NCBI GenBank assembly: GCA_965202585.1
Contig: OZ241832.1
Span: 33,170,001 to 33,234,000 of the forward strand
Direction of reading: 5' to 3'
DNA: 64,000 nt
Source: Thalia democratica
Lineage: Eukaryota
Positions 12,701 through 25,960 of the stretch are shown piece by piece (position 1 is the first letter of the stretch; each line of letters begins with the position of its first letter). The notes beneath the pieces are model-generated. The model worked only from the letters and a program-made list of their open reading frames with translations. It had not been told where the DNA came from and made no database searches. The position numbers were made by a program, and so were the translations under genes.

Positions 12701-12950
12701 TTACAAACTAATGTTTGCAGTACTGTTTAAAAAAGAGTATATTGCACTTGTTTAGTTTTAAGCTTTTATAATATTTAATTGAATTATTTGCATTTGTTTT
12801 GCTTTGAGATTTTATAACTTTGCAGGACTCGCTGCAGCAGTTGTGTCACTTTTACTTCCGGAAACTCGTGATATTGAATTCATTGAAACTATTGAGGAGG
12901 CCGAATATTTTTACAAATACAAAAAACCGATGAAAAGTTCTTGTGAATAG
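3731..12950 (+). CDS. SLC22: SLC22-family organic cation/anion transporter (MFS); 5'-incomplete in this window
   Basis: AG/GT-bounded, phase-compatible exons: 3731-3834 (FDLVCDR...GDLSDK), 4162-4316 (LGRKK...), 5786-5910 (TELVQSKQR), 6466-6570 (IPESPRWLL), 9052-9141, 9197-9282, 10188-10270 (YFGVSLNAG), 10484-10633 (KIGR), 10919-11027 (AEMFPTVIR), 11881-11994 (SNGLGMGSFAARIGSISAPF), 12826-12950 (LLPETR...ETIEEAE, TAG). These are hallmark SLC22 motifs. The last junction is phase-discordant (see findings). The TM1/large-loop exons were not found. Confidence 0.92.
4814..5576 (+). mobile_element. Composite hAT-type MITE (TIR TAGTGATGTACCGGAC) in an SLC22 intron
   Basis: A left end at 4814-~4950, a ~460-bp spacer, then a complete short MITE at 5409-5576 ending GTCCGGTACATCACTA. 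A perfect 8-bp TSD CTTTTAAG (4806-4813 and 5577-5584) flanks the whole unit. Many CCGG/GGATCC subterminal repeats. Confidence 0.9.
6587..8697 (+). mobile_element. Non-autonomous hAT element (Buster/ZBED5/FAM200-like) inserted 16 bp into an SLC22 intron
   Basis: 14-bp TIR with 13/14 match (CAGGGGTTCCCAAC / GTTGGGAACCACTG). Perfect 8-bp TSD AATTAAAT (6579-6586, 8698-8705). GGGGTGC subterminal repeats. The empty site is present in the inverted copy at ~1600-1625. Confidence 0.93.
7445..8113 (+). pseudogene. Internally deleted Buster-type hAT transposase remnant
   Basis: AYNVAKSKKPHTIAEELIKPCVLQMTEDVLGKEASKKL appears twice (~7460-7575 and ~7685-7797). It is followed by the hAT C-terminal dimerisation region [55 protein letters not shown] (ORF 7832-8113). 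Confidence 0.88.
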
Positions 12951-14629
12951 TTGGTTGTTAATAAAAACTGTGGATAAATTTAAAAATAAAATTAACAATT
13001 TTTTCTTCTTAAGATAACTAAGTAGCTATTTATTTTAAGCCATTTAACGACTGTTTACTACGGATTTTACAACCGTTTTTAGCCACCATAAATTTATAAA
13101 CACTTAATTTTGTTTACAACAATAGTTTATACATCATATAGTATTTAACATTATCATACAAAAATAGGTTCTTAAATTTATACTTTTTTTGTAAAACTTT
13201 TAAAATAGTTTTTTAAACAAAAACTACATACCTAGTTTCTTGATAAATTAGTTTTAAAAAATAATGAAACAGAAAAGAAGAAAAGGAAATAAAAATATTC
13301 ACAATCGAAAAGTAACAACTATAAATCAAAAAGAAAATACTTTTGTACTAAATGATACTAATAACATGTTTATATAAGTGTAGTGCAATACTAACTTTTT
13401 TTCAAACCAAAAGTAAAGAACTTAACCATCTAAAAAAAATCTTTTCTGCTTAATTTTTTTTTTTAATTTCCCATAATTAACTACTTCATGTTATCAATTG
13501 TTTGTAAAAAATGAATTTTCGAAGTAAAAAATGTTTAGAATAAACCTAAATGTTTTCAATTAATGTTTATACAAAAAATAAAAACATAAAAGTTTCCAAA
13601 GTTTTTTTTAAAAACATTTAATGCTTTAAATTTTTGTATAAGTAATTTTATTTTTAATTATTTTATTTTGTTTTAAAATCTAAAAGAATAGTGATTTTTT
13701 CAAATCTACATATGATGAGTAAATTAAGTAAAACATTGTATTAACTTAATACACTGTAAATATTTCATAAAAATTACGTCCAATTATGTTTTCAATACTA
13801 TATTTGTAATCTTTTATGTCGTTTTTCGTCGTACTAAGTGTTAATTACTTATGTGATGTTAATATCTAAAGTAGGGGTGGGCAACGTACGGCCCGCGGGC
13901 CGGATCCGGCCCGCGAAGTGAAAATGACCGGCCCCCAAACCTTTTTTAAATTTAAATGGTATCCGGCCCGCGGACAAAATTGATCCTGCCCGCGAGTAGA
14001 TGATCCGGCCCGCTAAGCATTTTCAAAATTTATATGAAATCCGGCTAACCAAGGTAAATATTACAAAACTTGTAAAAAAACTTTTTATATTTATTTCAAT
14101 AAAACAAAAATGTAAGACTTTGACCTTGACAACGTTTGTAAAACTAGCTTTTTATTTTTGTGGTGATAAAAACACTCTTTACTTAAAGTATCTTTTTCTG
14201 TTTCGTGTCAGTTGAAGTAATACTTTCTCAAATTATCCAAAAACAGTTGTTTGCTTAACTAGCTTTGATGATCTTACCTACCATAATGACTTTCATAAAA
14301 AATGGACGTGTTAAAAATTGCTGTCTTTCTCAGATGTGTATTGAGTTGTTTTTATACTTGTTTAGAAAAGTAAAAAAAAATCTTTTTAAGCTCTTACAAT
14401 TATTTTAAGTCAAACTGATCAACATTAAATTTTAATAGAATATTTTAAGTTGAGACTACAATTTCCACTTTTTTCTGCTATTGATTTTTTTATTTATGAC
14501 TTTTTGATTAATTTTATGGTTAAGTTTAGTGATGACCAATTGATGACAATAGTTTCACTTGATAATGAGTTTGGTCGTCGTTTTGCAATCTTTCAACAAC
14601 TAATAGAAGAGTTTAATATTGTGTCACCA

Positions 14630-14980
14630 TAGTTGACGTTTGACACCGAAAATGCACCTAGTAATATACAGTTAGAACTGCTAAACTTCAATGTGACAGT
14701 ACACTAAAAAGAACCTTAAAAGTTTGACAGATTTTACGCCCTACTTAACAAGTCAAAGTATGTTAATTTAAAAAAGATGGCAATGAATTCACTTGTTCTG
14801 TTTGGGTCTACATATACTTGCGAACAAACAATCTCAACCATGTATATAAACAAAAGTTAGCTGCGTTCAAATGTTACTGATACCAATCTGCAGTCATTAC
14901 TGAGAATATCTACTTCGAATATACTTTAAGATTTTAAACAGCTTGTTAAAACCTCTGATGATCCACAAATGTCTCATTGA
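14630..14980 (+). pseudogene. Degenerate hAT transposase C-terminal (dimerisation) remnant
   Basis: Translates as NAPSNIQLELL...FYALLNKSKYVNLKKMAMNSLVLFGSTYTCEQTISTM..NKS*LRSNVTDTNLQSLLRIST, with stops and frameshifts. Confidence 0.85.
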
Positions 14981-16074
14981 CTTCTTTTTAGTGTAATTAT
15001 TCTTGCTAAACTCTTTAACCTTACATTTAAAATATAATATGACAGTTTTATCTGTTAGTTTTTTGTTTAGTACTATTTTAATTAGTGAAACTGATCTTAA
15101 TCTAAAAGTCTACTAAATCAATATGGTTATCATGTTTAATTATAAATTAATCTCTTTTTTATTTTAGTATTTCGTTATTTTATGTTATACTTTTATAAAA
15201 GTGTTTTAGATGAATTGTTTGAAAATATTACTTTTAAAGTACAGAACTTAGTTAAGTTTCATAAGTTGATCTTTTGATATTTTGAAAGTAAAAGTACTAG
15301 AGCTTTAAGCCAAAGTATATTTTTATTTAAGTTTAATTGTTTTTTAAATATTTTGATATGACAATTTAAACCAAACACATAATTTTCGTTGCTTTTAGTA
15401 AATTTTTAGATAGATTTTATCTATTATTAAACGAGCCAAAGTTTGTTAACTTCAAAATATGACCATGAAACTAGTTGTTTTGTTCGAGACTTCATACATT
15501 TGAAAACAAACATTTCTGACCATAATTATTAGTAAGGATAAGCTAATTTCAAACATAATCGGTATTTCAGTACACTTGCAGATTTTCCCAAACCGTCATG
15601 CAACTAGATTTAAACAACTGTAATATATGATTAACCTTAAGTGTTTCATCGAGATCTTTTTATTTTATTTTTTCGCTTTTTATGGTAAAACTGTTTGTTA
15701 TATCAGAACTATTTGTAGTTTGGTTTCTTTTATACGTGCAAAAATATTTAATAAATCTTTATTAGTTTGTTCAAATTAAAAGTTAGTACATAGTTTAATT
15801 TTGTAATGTTAGTTAACTTCTGAATATTATTATTAATGAAAACTTCAGCCAAGGATTTTAAAAATTAGACAATTTCGGATAGTTAACAATTCTTTAATGT
15901 TTTAGCTTGAAAAATTAGGCTCGAGTATTTTTTTACTAAGTAAGTTATTGGCTTTAATAAGACTATCTAGAATTAATTCGGTCCAGAGTTATAACAAATA
16001 CAGAGTTATGAATACTTAATAAAAATTGGTACAAAATTTCATACTTGAGAACCTTGGTAATTAAAATACTGATT

Positions 16075-16250
16075 CAAAGTTCTGAAATACCCGATCAAAT
16101 AGCATCCAGCTGGATTGAAATCTTTTTCAAATTAGCTTCCATTCAAATCCGGATCTTTGTTTAAAATTAGTATTTAACCGGGTCAGAATAATATTTTCAA
16201 ATTAGGATCCGTATCTAAAAAAGAATCCAGCTGAAACCGGTAGATCACTA
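16075..16250. mobile_element. Decayed copy of the TAGTGATG MITE family nested in the 13872-16326 element
   Basis: Ends CCGGTAGATCACTA and contains TTTTCAAATTAG and GGATCC motifs like those at 61388 and 62745. Confidence 0.45.
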
Positions 16251-19200
16251 TTTCGAAATGCTCCGGCCCGCTGAGGACTATTTTTTTTGGATCCGGCCCG
16301 TCAACTATTTACGTTGCCCACCCCTAATCTAAAGTAATACAAAATTTTATAAATGATACTTTTTAATTGTTGTTAGCTTGTTACTAGTTCAAAAGATTGA
16401 TGTTTTAAAAACAACAGTTTTTATTGGTTTAAAAAAAAAGTGTTTTAGAAATAGTCTTCAGTTTTTGAAACCTTTTATTAAAAAAAAATACGGTTTGATA
16501 AAAAACAGATTAAAAAATAAATTTAGTTAATTTTCTTACTAAAAAATAAAACTGTAATTTTAATTAAATCACTTAAAAATTCGTTTTAGAAGTACTAGTT
16601 AACTATCTTATCTTATGATTAATTGTAATTTAGGTATTTTATTCTAGCTGTTTAATGAATTCAAAGTTAATTATTTTTAATGAAGGGTATATAGATCGAT
16701 AACCAATTTTTTATACCAGGTTAGTTGACCATATTTATAAGAGTTTAAACTTTGTGTTCAGTAAACTATTTGCATTTTAAATATTTAAAATAAGTTGAGC
16801 TGCTTGAAAAGTAAAAACTTTACTCTGGAAATTTCTTATTTAGAGAAACTTTAGCTAAAAACTAATAACTAATACGATTTATGATTCAATTACTTTTTAT
16901 AAAAGTTTTTCCGTACTTTTTTGTGTTCATTATTTAGTACCAGGCGCTATTATCAATGTACCAGGGGCGTAGTGTGGGGGGACACTGGCGCATGCTTACC
17001 TCTTAAAAAAAAGAAAAGTAGAGAAAAAGTAGAATGTTTCATCTTTATCCTTTAATCATTTAATTCCCCTGCTTAATCAGTTTTTTTTTTCAATTATTTT
17101 TTGAAGAAAATTTAACAATCTTTAAATACCAAACATACATATCCGGTGCGTAAGTGTCGTTGTATACCGGCTTTGATGAAAAACTCCATAAAAAATTGTT
17201 TTTTTAATTCACAAACTCCATATAAGTTAAGATTCAAAAAGTGCTCACTGGTGTTTGTGCACCGTGGTACTATAACAGTTGTTATTGATTTTTCTACAAG
17301 GAAAAATGCTAACATTTTGTAAACAAACAATCAAGCTAAACATATTCCATGATTATATTGTTTCAAGAATAAACAAATTTCATAAAAAAAGTAATAGGTA
17401 ATTAATAAAAAAATAAGATAATAATTAGAATAAACTGTACCAATGATAAATTATAAAATTAAAATTAAATGAAAAAAAAAGAGTTGATCAGATAGGAATT
17501 GATTGGGTGGGAATTGTGCGCGGGTTGGAACTTAGCGGTTGCCATTATGTACATTTTTCTAGACTGAAAATACTTAAAAACGTTTAACCTGTATAAAAAA
17601 TACTTTTAAGTATTTTAAATAAAATTTAAGGTAATATGTTTTATTTTCCTTTAACCACTTTAGAAGTTTGTGTAAATACAAAAAAAAACTTGTAAGATAA
17701 ATATTACAATTTACTTTAGTTTTTGAAAGTTTTTGTCATTGGATCGTGTGAAGCAGAAATCTGATAGTATAAATATAAAAAACTGACAAGTAAAACTAGT
17801 TTGTTGTTTAGTATTTCATTATAAAGTAATGTAATAAAAATACTACTTATTAAAAAAAAAAACAGTTAAATTATTTCTAGTTTTTTTGTACACTATTACA
17901 TATTTAAACACAACATACTTTAAAGACATGTTACAATTAAGCATAAAAAAAGCAATTTAATAAAGATTTAACATACAATAAAATATAAATAGTTAACTAA
18001 CATTATAAATTGAACACATAAAATTTATATTCAAGTATGTACAACATTTATAGTAAAAGCATATCAAACTAGTTTTTAAGATATCTACAAGCTTAATGGA
18101 CTTTTTATTCTCATCTTTATCTCATGTCTACGAAATTAAATTCAGATAACTTCAAAAATCTTTTTTTTTAAATAAAAAATACAGCTTATGAAGTTAAATA
18201 AATTATTTGTGTTCCAAAAACCTAAATACAATTTTATCTACTTTCTTTTAAGCTATTTATCATTGGAGATTGATAAATTTTAAGAAACTACAACTCTATA
18301 TACTATTCATAATATAAACACTTTTTTACAAAAATTAAAAAAAATACATTTTTCCAAGTTTTAAGCGACCTAATGCCAAGGTTTTTATGGTCATAAAACA
18401 ATAAACTGTTATTACCAATGTGTAATTTTGTTTCTAAAATACATGTTATTAGAATGTACATCATTAATAAAATAATTTAAATACCAATGTTTGTAAAAAT
18501 CTGCAGAGTAACAATTACGAGTAAAATCCATTGATTGAACGCTTCAATGCAGATTTGAAATTTCATTGCTAATTTTGGTCTTCTCACGCTAAATTACTCT
18601 TCTTTAAACTTAATGAAAGTGTTCCACTAAATATTTTACCACTCATTTTAAATTAATATAGTTCAGGTGATAATATCTAGTTTGGTAAAAAAGCTCTTAC
18701 ACAGTGTACACAGTAGTAAACATAATTAACATATATATTAAAAAATATTATCAAACAAAAAAAGAAATTAAAGTTATAAATTTTCTTGTTAAAAACAAAT
18801 GAAGAATATCAAAATGTTTTAAATATATACCATATAAAAAACTTCTTTGTAGAACAAGTAAACATAAAGCTTAATAAACTTTATTTTAAAATAATTCTTA
18901 AAAATTAAAACATTTTATTTTGAACTTTACCGTAAAAACTAGGATGGCAGATATTCTAACAAAACTTCAAGATACCTTTTAAAATATATATCTGCTGAAA
19001 ATGGTTTATCATATCAGTATTTTATAAATGTAAGAAATATCTAAAGTATTTGTTTTCAAATTGAAATTGCAATAAACTATAAAAGTAGCTGAAATAAAAC
19101 TAAGTTCAAATAATTATAGTACATTAAAGATACGTATTAAAAACTGATAAAAATGTATTTACTACTTGAATTAAAATCTATAATAAAATAAAAAAACACA

Positions 19201-19446
19201 TAAATCAAAAGGAATGTATTTAAGCTTGAAGACTTAAGACACATTCTTTATTGTACGCAAGATGAAATAAATTAAATTACTTTGTTGCAATAAATTAAAA
19301 GCATGCATGAACGGTTGCTCTTGCAAAAGTGCTTTCTGGAAAAACTGGCCAACTTGCACGGGAAAGTACAACAGCAGAAAGGCAATTGAAGAAACGCGCA
19401 CGGAACAAACGACACGAAAATAGCACCTCCAGTGGCGGGGAGAAAA

Positions 19447-22400
19447 TCAGGCCATGGCGAGGGAGTTTCTCTTGTACGCCTCGTTGACGTACGCTCCCTT
19501 TTGCTCCATCCCGTACTCGTTTTGAACACTGGATGGCGCTTTGCAGCACTTCTTGTGCAGCCACTTCCTCAAGTGGTGCAGCGACCACAGCAGTATCTGA
19601 CCAATCAGCGCGCCCAATATGGCGAACCCGATCCCCATGCCGACCGCCCCCGAGGGGTTCTCCCGCCAATCGAGGAACCCGTAGACGGCGTCGGTCACCC
19701 CGGCGACGAACAGGACGTAGGTGTACAAAACGTAGACCAAACCGAGGACCATGGTGTAGGGGAAGTGGAGGAGGTGGACGGGGGTCTTTGACACGAACAG
19801 GTCGATGATCATGACGAGCAGGGTCACTCCGTGGATGTGGATGTTGGTGGGGGAGTCCAACGGGTCCTCGGAGGTGCTGGCGAGCAGGGCCCAGAAGAGG
19901 ACGACGACCGAGAAGGAGGCGTTGAACGCCACCGAGTGGAAGAAGAACACCACCTTGTGGTACCACCTCGTTTCCTCAACTGCAAAAATAAGCATCAATA
20001 AACTTCTATGTGAATTTAGGATTGTTATGATATGTAAAAATAAAGTTTGAGCACAAATAGCTGGTGCATGTTTGCATTTAGTTACTGCATAATTTTTTGA
20101 TTATTTTATTTAGGGTAAGCTCACTTTTTATAATCAACAATTTTTAGTGGTATATCCTAGTGTTCTAAGTATTTTTAACTTTAAGTTTTGTTAGTATTAA
20201 GTTTAATTACGTTTATAAAACACTACTTTCAACTTTTTTGTTAAAACTAAACAAGACTACACAAAATTTAAATTAGTACACTTACTACATAACAAAGAAA
20301 TATATTTAAACGATCACAGTACGACAAACATTTCACTCAACACGAAAACTGCTCATAAAAAACAAACAAACCGTTGAGAAACCCGGACGAGGTCTTCATC
20401 TTGGTGAGTCCCGACAGCGCGACGAAGAAGGAGAGGAACAGGTAGGCGTTGATGAGGATGACCTGCCAGTTGGTGAAGAACCAAATGTAGTCGTACAGCG
20501 TTTCGCTGCCGTCGATCAGCGTGTATATGAGCCACGCCAGCATGTACAGGGTGGCGAGGAGCCGGTAAACGATGAAGAACGTTTGGCTGTTCGTCCACTA
20601 CAAAATATTAAGTTGAAAATTAGTATGTATATACTTTGAAAAGTTCGAATAGGTTGTAAAATTTTGTTGTAAGTCAGAGATTAGAACAATTTTAACTTAA
20701 GTTGAAGCTTTTTTTTTTCAGTTGTTTGTACCTTTTACACAGTAGTCTTAAAATTTATGATGTTAGACATGAATTTCAAAGAACTTTTTTTGTTCATTTC
20801 AGACTATTTTAAGACTTTTTGACTACTAAAACCTTTTAAATAAAACATAATGTACTAGAACAGGGTTGAACAGCCTTTTTTAACTTGCGAGTAGTTTTTC
20901 CAGGAAAAATTACTTGCAAGCCACAGTATACACAAAAAGAATGTCCAAGGGTTGCAGTAAGTGTAAGACAGTTGATTTCAGAATTACAAAACTTCAAAAC
21001 AAAAATATGATATTATTAAATTAAGAGCCTAAATGTAAGTTTTTATTGAAAAACATTTTGTTTCGATGGTTTTTTAGCTAAAAAGTACCTCGCGGGCCGC
21101 AGCTTGCTTACCCCTGCACTAGAACTATAAACTTCAAAAATTAGCTTTATAAAAAAAATACTACTCATAACAATTTGTTTTATAACACATTTACTACTTT
21201 TCTAAGTTTCTATGCACTAAATAACTCTTATTCACACTGTTACTGTTTACAGATATACACTTTAATAAACATTAGTAGACAGAATTAGTGTTTAAATTAC
21301 TTTATTTGTATTTTACTGAAATCAGCTGATTTGTTTAGACTAAAGTATGTAGAAATTTTTTTGAAAAAAATATCTAATGTTTTCATGTAAGTCAAGACAA
21401 TGAACAGTTGCTTTTTAATCTTGTATTATCTGTTGCACACCTCTAAAATTTTGTGTATTTTACTTAAGTTTATTTTATTTTGTATTCAAATAATTAGGTT
21501 AGCTTTTTCTTAATTCTTAGTTTATTTAAAGACGTTTATATAACAAGGTAAAAAAACTTACATATAGTATATTTTGTTAATCTTAGTTTTATAATAACTT
21601 AGACTTTTACATTGTTTAAGCTCAGCTAATCAATAACATTTCTGTGTTTTTATTGAGTCAAAGCTATTTAGAGGTTCATGCAAAAACAAACATAAAAACA
21701 TTTTATTAGTCATAATGTTTAAAGGAGAATTTTACTAATACCTTCCTTTTCTTTTTGAACTATATTAACTTTTAAAATTTTCAAATAAACTATTAATTAA
21801 AACAAAAAATTAAACTTATAATGTTTGACTTACTGGTTTAACTTTAAAGCTAATACTTCAAAAGTAATATTGTATAATAACCGTTTTAAACAAAAGTGTA
21901 CTTAAACAGATTAATTTATTGTATTAAATATTGTTAAATAACATTGTTTTATATTAAACGTGGTTAACAGATTTAATTATTGTAATACTATTTTAAGTAA
22001 GTTAAGTTAAACAAAAAAAATTCAAATTGTGTTGTAGTAAAAAATACAGAAGTAAAGAATGTAAATATTCAAACTGTTTAGTTAAAAATATTTAAGGAAT
22101 TTTCTAAACCTTATTTTTTGTTTAAAAAAAAACTATAGCTTTTACAAACAAAAATATCCCACAGTAATTACACAAGTTGCATACTTAACATATGTCTACG
22201 TATACTTTGTACTCGGGTTACAAAAATGTTTGTAAAACATGTAATTCCCCATCAGAAGTTATAAAGCTTTTGACAGATGTGAGAAAATACAGTACAATAT
22301 ACAGACTAAAACGCAATAAAGTTATTAAGTTAAGTTATCTATGGAATTTTATTTTAAAAAGTTTGTTTGTTTTTTAGTAAACTGTTAAAAAATATTTTGT

Positions 22401-22844
22401 TGAATTTACTCATTACAGTACAAAATTACACGAACTTTATTTCTTTATAAATATCGTGAACATGTTGATACAGTTTGTTTAAACATTTCAAGACTTAACT
22501 TTGTAAAAACAAAAAATTGTTGCATCAACATAATAAAATAATTTGGATACCTTAAAAGTTTTACAACTGGCTTTTGTAACTTGTCACTTAAGCAACAAAT
22601 ATTCTATTACGCGTACACAAAACACTATATTTTTTAAAATTGATTTAAAGTTAAATTGGTTTAAGACAAGAAAGCTTTAACTTTACTTGTTTTTTAAAAT
22701 ATTCATAGCTATCTTTTTTAAGCTGAGTTTTAACTAAATATTTTAACTTTCACTCACCTGTGAAACGTAAAAAACGCTAGCATCTTTCACAATGAAACGA
22801 AACCTCGAAACTTTCATTTCGTCTTTGCAAGCATTTTTTGTCAT
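19447..22844 (-). CDS. rost: Rolling stone-like multi-pass membrane protein (FAR-17a/AIG1-related), 281 aa
   Basis: Exons 22844-22758 (MTKNACKDEMKVSRFRF...FYVSQ), 20597-20372 (W...FFIVYRLL...WFFTNW) and 19979-19447 (NIHIHGV...DLFVSKTPVHLLHFPY...Y..Y...YGFLDWRENP, TGA). AG/GT sites are phase-compatible; CDS is 846 bp. An acceptor AG lies at 22860-22861, just upstream of the ATG. Confidence 0.85.
20861..21116 (-). mobile_element. hAT MITE (~256 bp) in a rost intron
   Basis: Termini CAGGGTTGAAC / GCTTACCCCTG. TSD TACTAGAA vs CACTAGAA (7/8). The interior is homologous, in inverted orientation, to 56594-56860. Confidence 0.75.
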
Positions 22845-25559
22845 TGTTAAGGTTTCGTTCTACAAGTGATAAAGTTATAAACAGTTATTATGTTAAAACC
22901 TGTTAAAATATTGTTTATTTTAATTTGTAAGTGATTAAGTTATAAACATTAATGATATTAGAACATATTAAACTATTAGTAATTCCCAATTAAATACAAA
23001 AACATGGTAGTAATAAACTTTGTCTTGTTTTTAAAAAAAGTAAAATGGTATTTTGAGTATTTTTGAACTATCAATGTACATATACTTTTTTGTTTAAAAG
23101 ATTTTACCGACTGACTCTGCTTAAAGTTGAAAAATAGAATAATATGAACTAAGTAAGACATTTTATAAATACAGCTAACTATTTAAAATAAGGTCAGTTC
23201 TTTTTTATAACTATACTCTTTGTAAGTTACAAAAACACATACTAAAAGTGGCTGGTGAAAAATAAATTTTCACAAAACCTATACCTAACCAGTGACCTTT
23301 AAGGTGAGCACACCTGTGCACAATTGTGTGCATCATATTTATTTTACTGTGCACAAAAAAAGTTGCAAGCTTATAGAATATTTTTTAAATGAGTTTTGTA
23401 TTTTATTTTTCTATTAACAATAAAGTTATAAATAATAAAGAATTCTTAACACGTTATTTACTTATTACGACTCTTTAAATAAAAAATTATGGTGTTTTTT
23501 AGTAGTTTTACTAGTAGTCTTCAAAATAATTTTCTTATCTATTTAGTCGAAAGTGCAAGAGTTCATTCTTCAGTTTTTTAGCGTGCATAGCTTTTGAAAA
23601 GACTCCATACCACTAACTTAAACTATTGGAACAAGGTTTTATATTACATTTTTTATATCTGTACAATGTCTATAAATACTTATTTTCCTATGGTCTACGT
23701 TTACAATATAATCAAAGGCTACTTAATAAAAAAACCTTTTAACAAGACACACTGTAACTAACATTACAAAACAAAAATAATCTGCGCTACTCTGTATACA
23801 AAAGATTCATAACATTCCTTATGTAAGTTTTACAACAACAACATCGTATTTTTAAACCAAACAAAGAAACCACTAAATTCATTGTATCAAATGCTTTTAT
23901 AGTTTTCATGTCTACCAGTTTCACTGTTACTGTTCATTGCTATTATTTTGCTTTTTCATTGTGAAAACATTGCTGATGCAGCATGTGTATAAACAGGATA
24001 CAGCAAACTGAGTTCGTTGGAAATTAACTCTTTCAATAGTAAACAAAAAATATCAAAGACTGGCGCTTTTTTAGATTAGCACGCTCGTTTAAGATTTTAA
24101 TGAATATACAAAACCACGAAACTATGAATAAAAATAAAAACTACTTTACTTCATGTTCTTTTAAACGTTAAGGTTTTCAAACGTTAAAAACTATAAAAAA
24201 AAATTAACGTACAATTTTTTCTAGTTTGTAATTTACAAATTCTAATAAATCATAGTATTTCCTAAACATAAACTAATATTCTTACTACTTAGTCAAATTT
24301 CAACTTATGATCTCTTATAGATTGCCAAATAAACTCTAGCTAGTTAAATACAGCTGCTTTTGACAATTTGCTTGTTATTTAATACAAAAGTTTTATCAAA
24401 AAGTTCAAAGCAAACATTAAAAACTATAAAAAATTCTGATATAAGTAATTTATAAACTAAATTGAAATAAATTAAAGCAACTTTATAAAAACCAAGAATG
24501 GACTTAGTTTAATTAAAACTAAAACACTTAGTAGTTATAAAAAACACTATTAAACACTTAAAAAAGACTTTTCAATAATCTAGTAACATAACGAAACTAA
24601 ATCAAATATACCCAATAGTATAATTAAGTAATGCATATCTTTTATTAACTAATCCACTAAAACTTTATAAGTAAAAATAGTCATTGAGTCTGAGTAAGCT
24701 AATAAAAACAATTAATTACTTTTGTGGTGAGTATAAGTAGACTGATAGTTTTTTTGTACTTGTAAAAGTAAACGTTTTGAAAGTTGCTATAAACATTCAA
24801 TTCTGATAAACTAATGCTAAACAAATGTGTAAATTTTGTTTTTCTTTGTATGGATTAAAAACACTGATATCAGGAATATATTTTATACAAGTATACACTT
24901 TAGTGTTTTAGCAAGACAATTTTAAACCTCTTTTTTTTATTGAGTAACTAAAACTTTTTTTTGTAGTTATTAGTTAAAAAATTTTGATAAATAAAATTTT
25001 ATCTTAGTGTGAACAACACAAATCAATGATTTAGCTTAACATATTTGGTAGAGCACTTAAACTAAAAAACATTACACCTCTTTCCACAAAAGTCTATTGA
25101 ACTGTTAAGGACAAAGCCTTCCATTTCAAATTTGTTTACTCAAACTTTTATTCTCGTATTTTATGTTTTACAGCCTCATTGTAGTGAGTATTTATTTTAT
25201 TCAAGTTCATTAATAATAAATACGTATGAGTAAGGCTTATTTATTAGGTGAAACAAATGTATAAAGTATTAAGTATTGAAATTAAAAAAAGTTTACTACA
25301 CTTATAGTTTTTATAGAACCTATGAACAATACTGAAAGTTTGACTCGTCATAATAAACTTTTAATAATAAAATGATATTTTAAAACTTTTTCTTCTTAAT
25401 TTTTCATTTTTCACAAGTGTTATACTTTCAGGTCATTAAGAGTTTATATATAACTTATTGACGAAGATTAGCAGTTTTAGTTTATGTACAAAACAATATA
25501 ATTTTCAAAACAAAAACTTCATATAAAACAGAAAAAACGAACTGCCTTAATGAATAATA

Positions 25560-25960
25560 GCTGCTTACAAAGCTGAGCGTTTCAACAAAACCAATGCCTG
25601 TAAAAGGCAAAAGCATAAAAGGCGAATGAAAACAAAACGCTGTACTCCTCTCTTGTGTACAGTGCTAAAAATAAACTAACTTTGTTTTGCGCTCAAACTT
25701 GCTTGAATGATATTTTGTGTCCGAGCACAATTGCGAATGGGCTGGGGCGCGTTCATGCCTACAAGGCTGGCGATCAGAAGGCGTTACAAACAGAAAGCAG
25801 ATGCCACTGGAGCGTGCGATCACTGTTTTTCTCGCCAAACCAACCATGCCGGCTTGTGGCGCTCGAGAAAGCTACTGCTGATCGCGTTTCATTTGAATTT
25901 TGCTCGACTTTCGTGAGTTGAGTACGAGCATGACAGTTTGTGAAAAATCATAGCTCGTAC
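25560..25960. promoter_or_regulatory. GC/CpG-rich non-coding island upstream of rost (possible promoter, 5' exon or enhancer)
   Basis: About 400 bp markedly richer in GC and CpG than its flanks, with no recognisable protein among the three short overlapping ORFs. Confidence 0.35.

Larger units (their letters stand above)
13872..16326 (+). mobile_element. Non-autonomous hAT element (SPIN/Charlie, GTF2IRD2/EPM2AIP1-like)
   Basis: Perfect 17-bp TIR TAGGGGTGGGCAACGTA / TACGTTGCCCACCCCTA. Perfect 8-bp TSD ATCTAAAG (13864-13871, 16327-16334). CGGCCCG subterminal repeats. Confidence 0.93.

Noticed and set aside
19447-19979. GC-rich exons as bacterial contamination or horizontal transfer
   Set aside because: They splice in phase with AT-rich exons through canonical AG/GT sites and encode animal-type proteins.
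19272-20050. Overlapping ORFs 19272-19529, 19295-19966, 19432-19791, 19533-19808 and 19805-20050
   Set aside because: Shadow frames of the GC-rich rost exon with low-complexity R/P/G composition. The 19447 frame carries the family motifs.
25691-25742. HDV-like ribozyme hint (GCGAATGGG, possible P2 GCTCA/TGGGC and a P4-like hairpin)
   Set aside because: No P1, P3, L3 or P1.1 (GG) elements can be built, so the nested double pseudoknot is absent.
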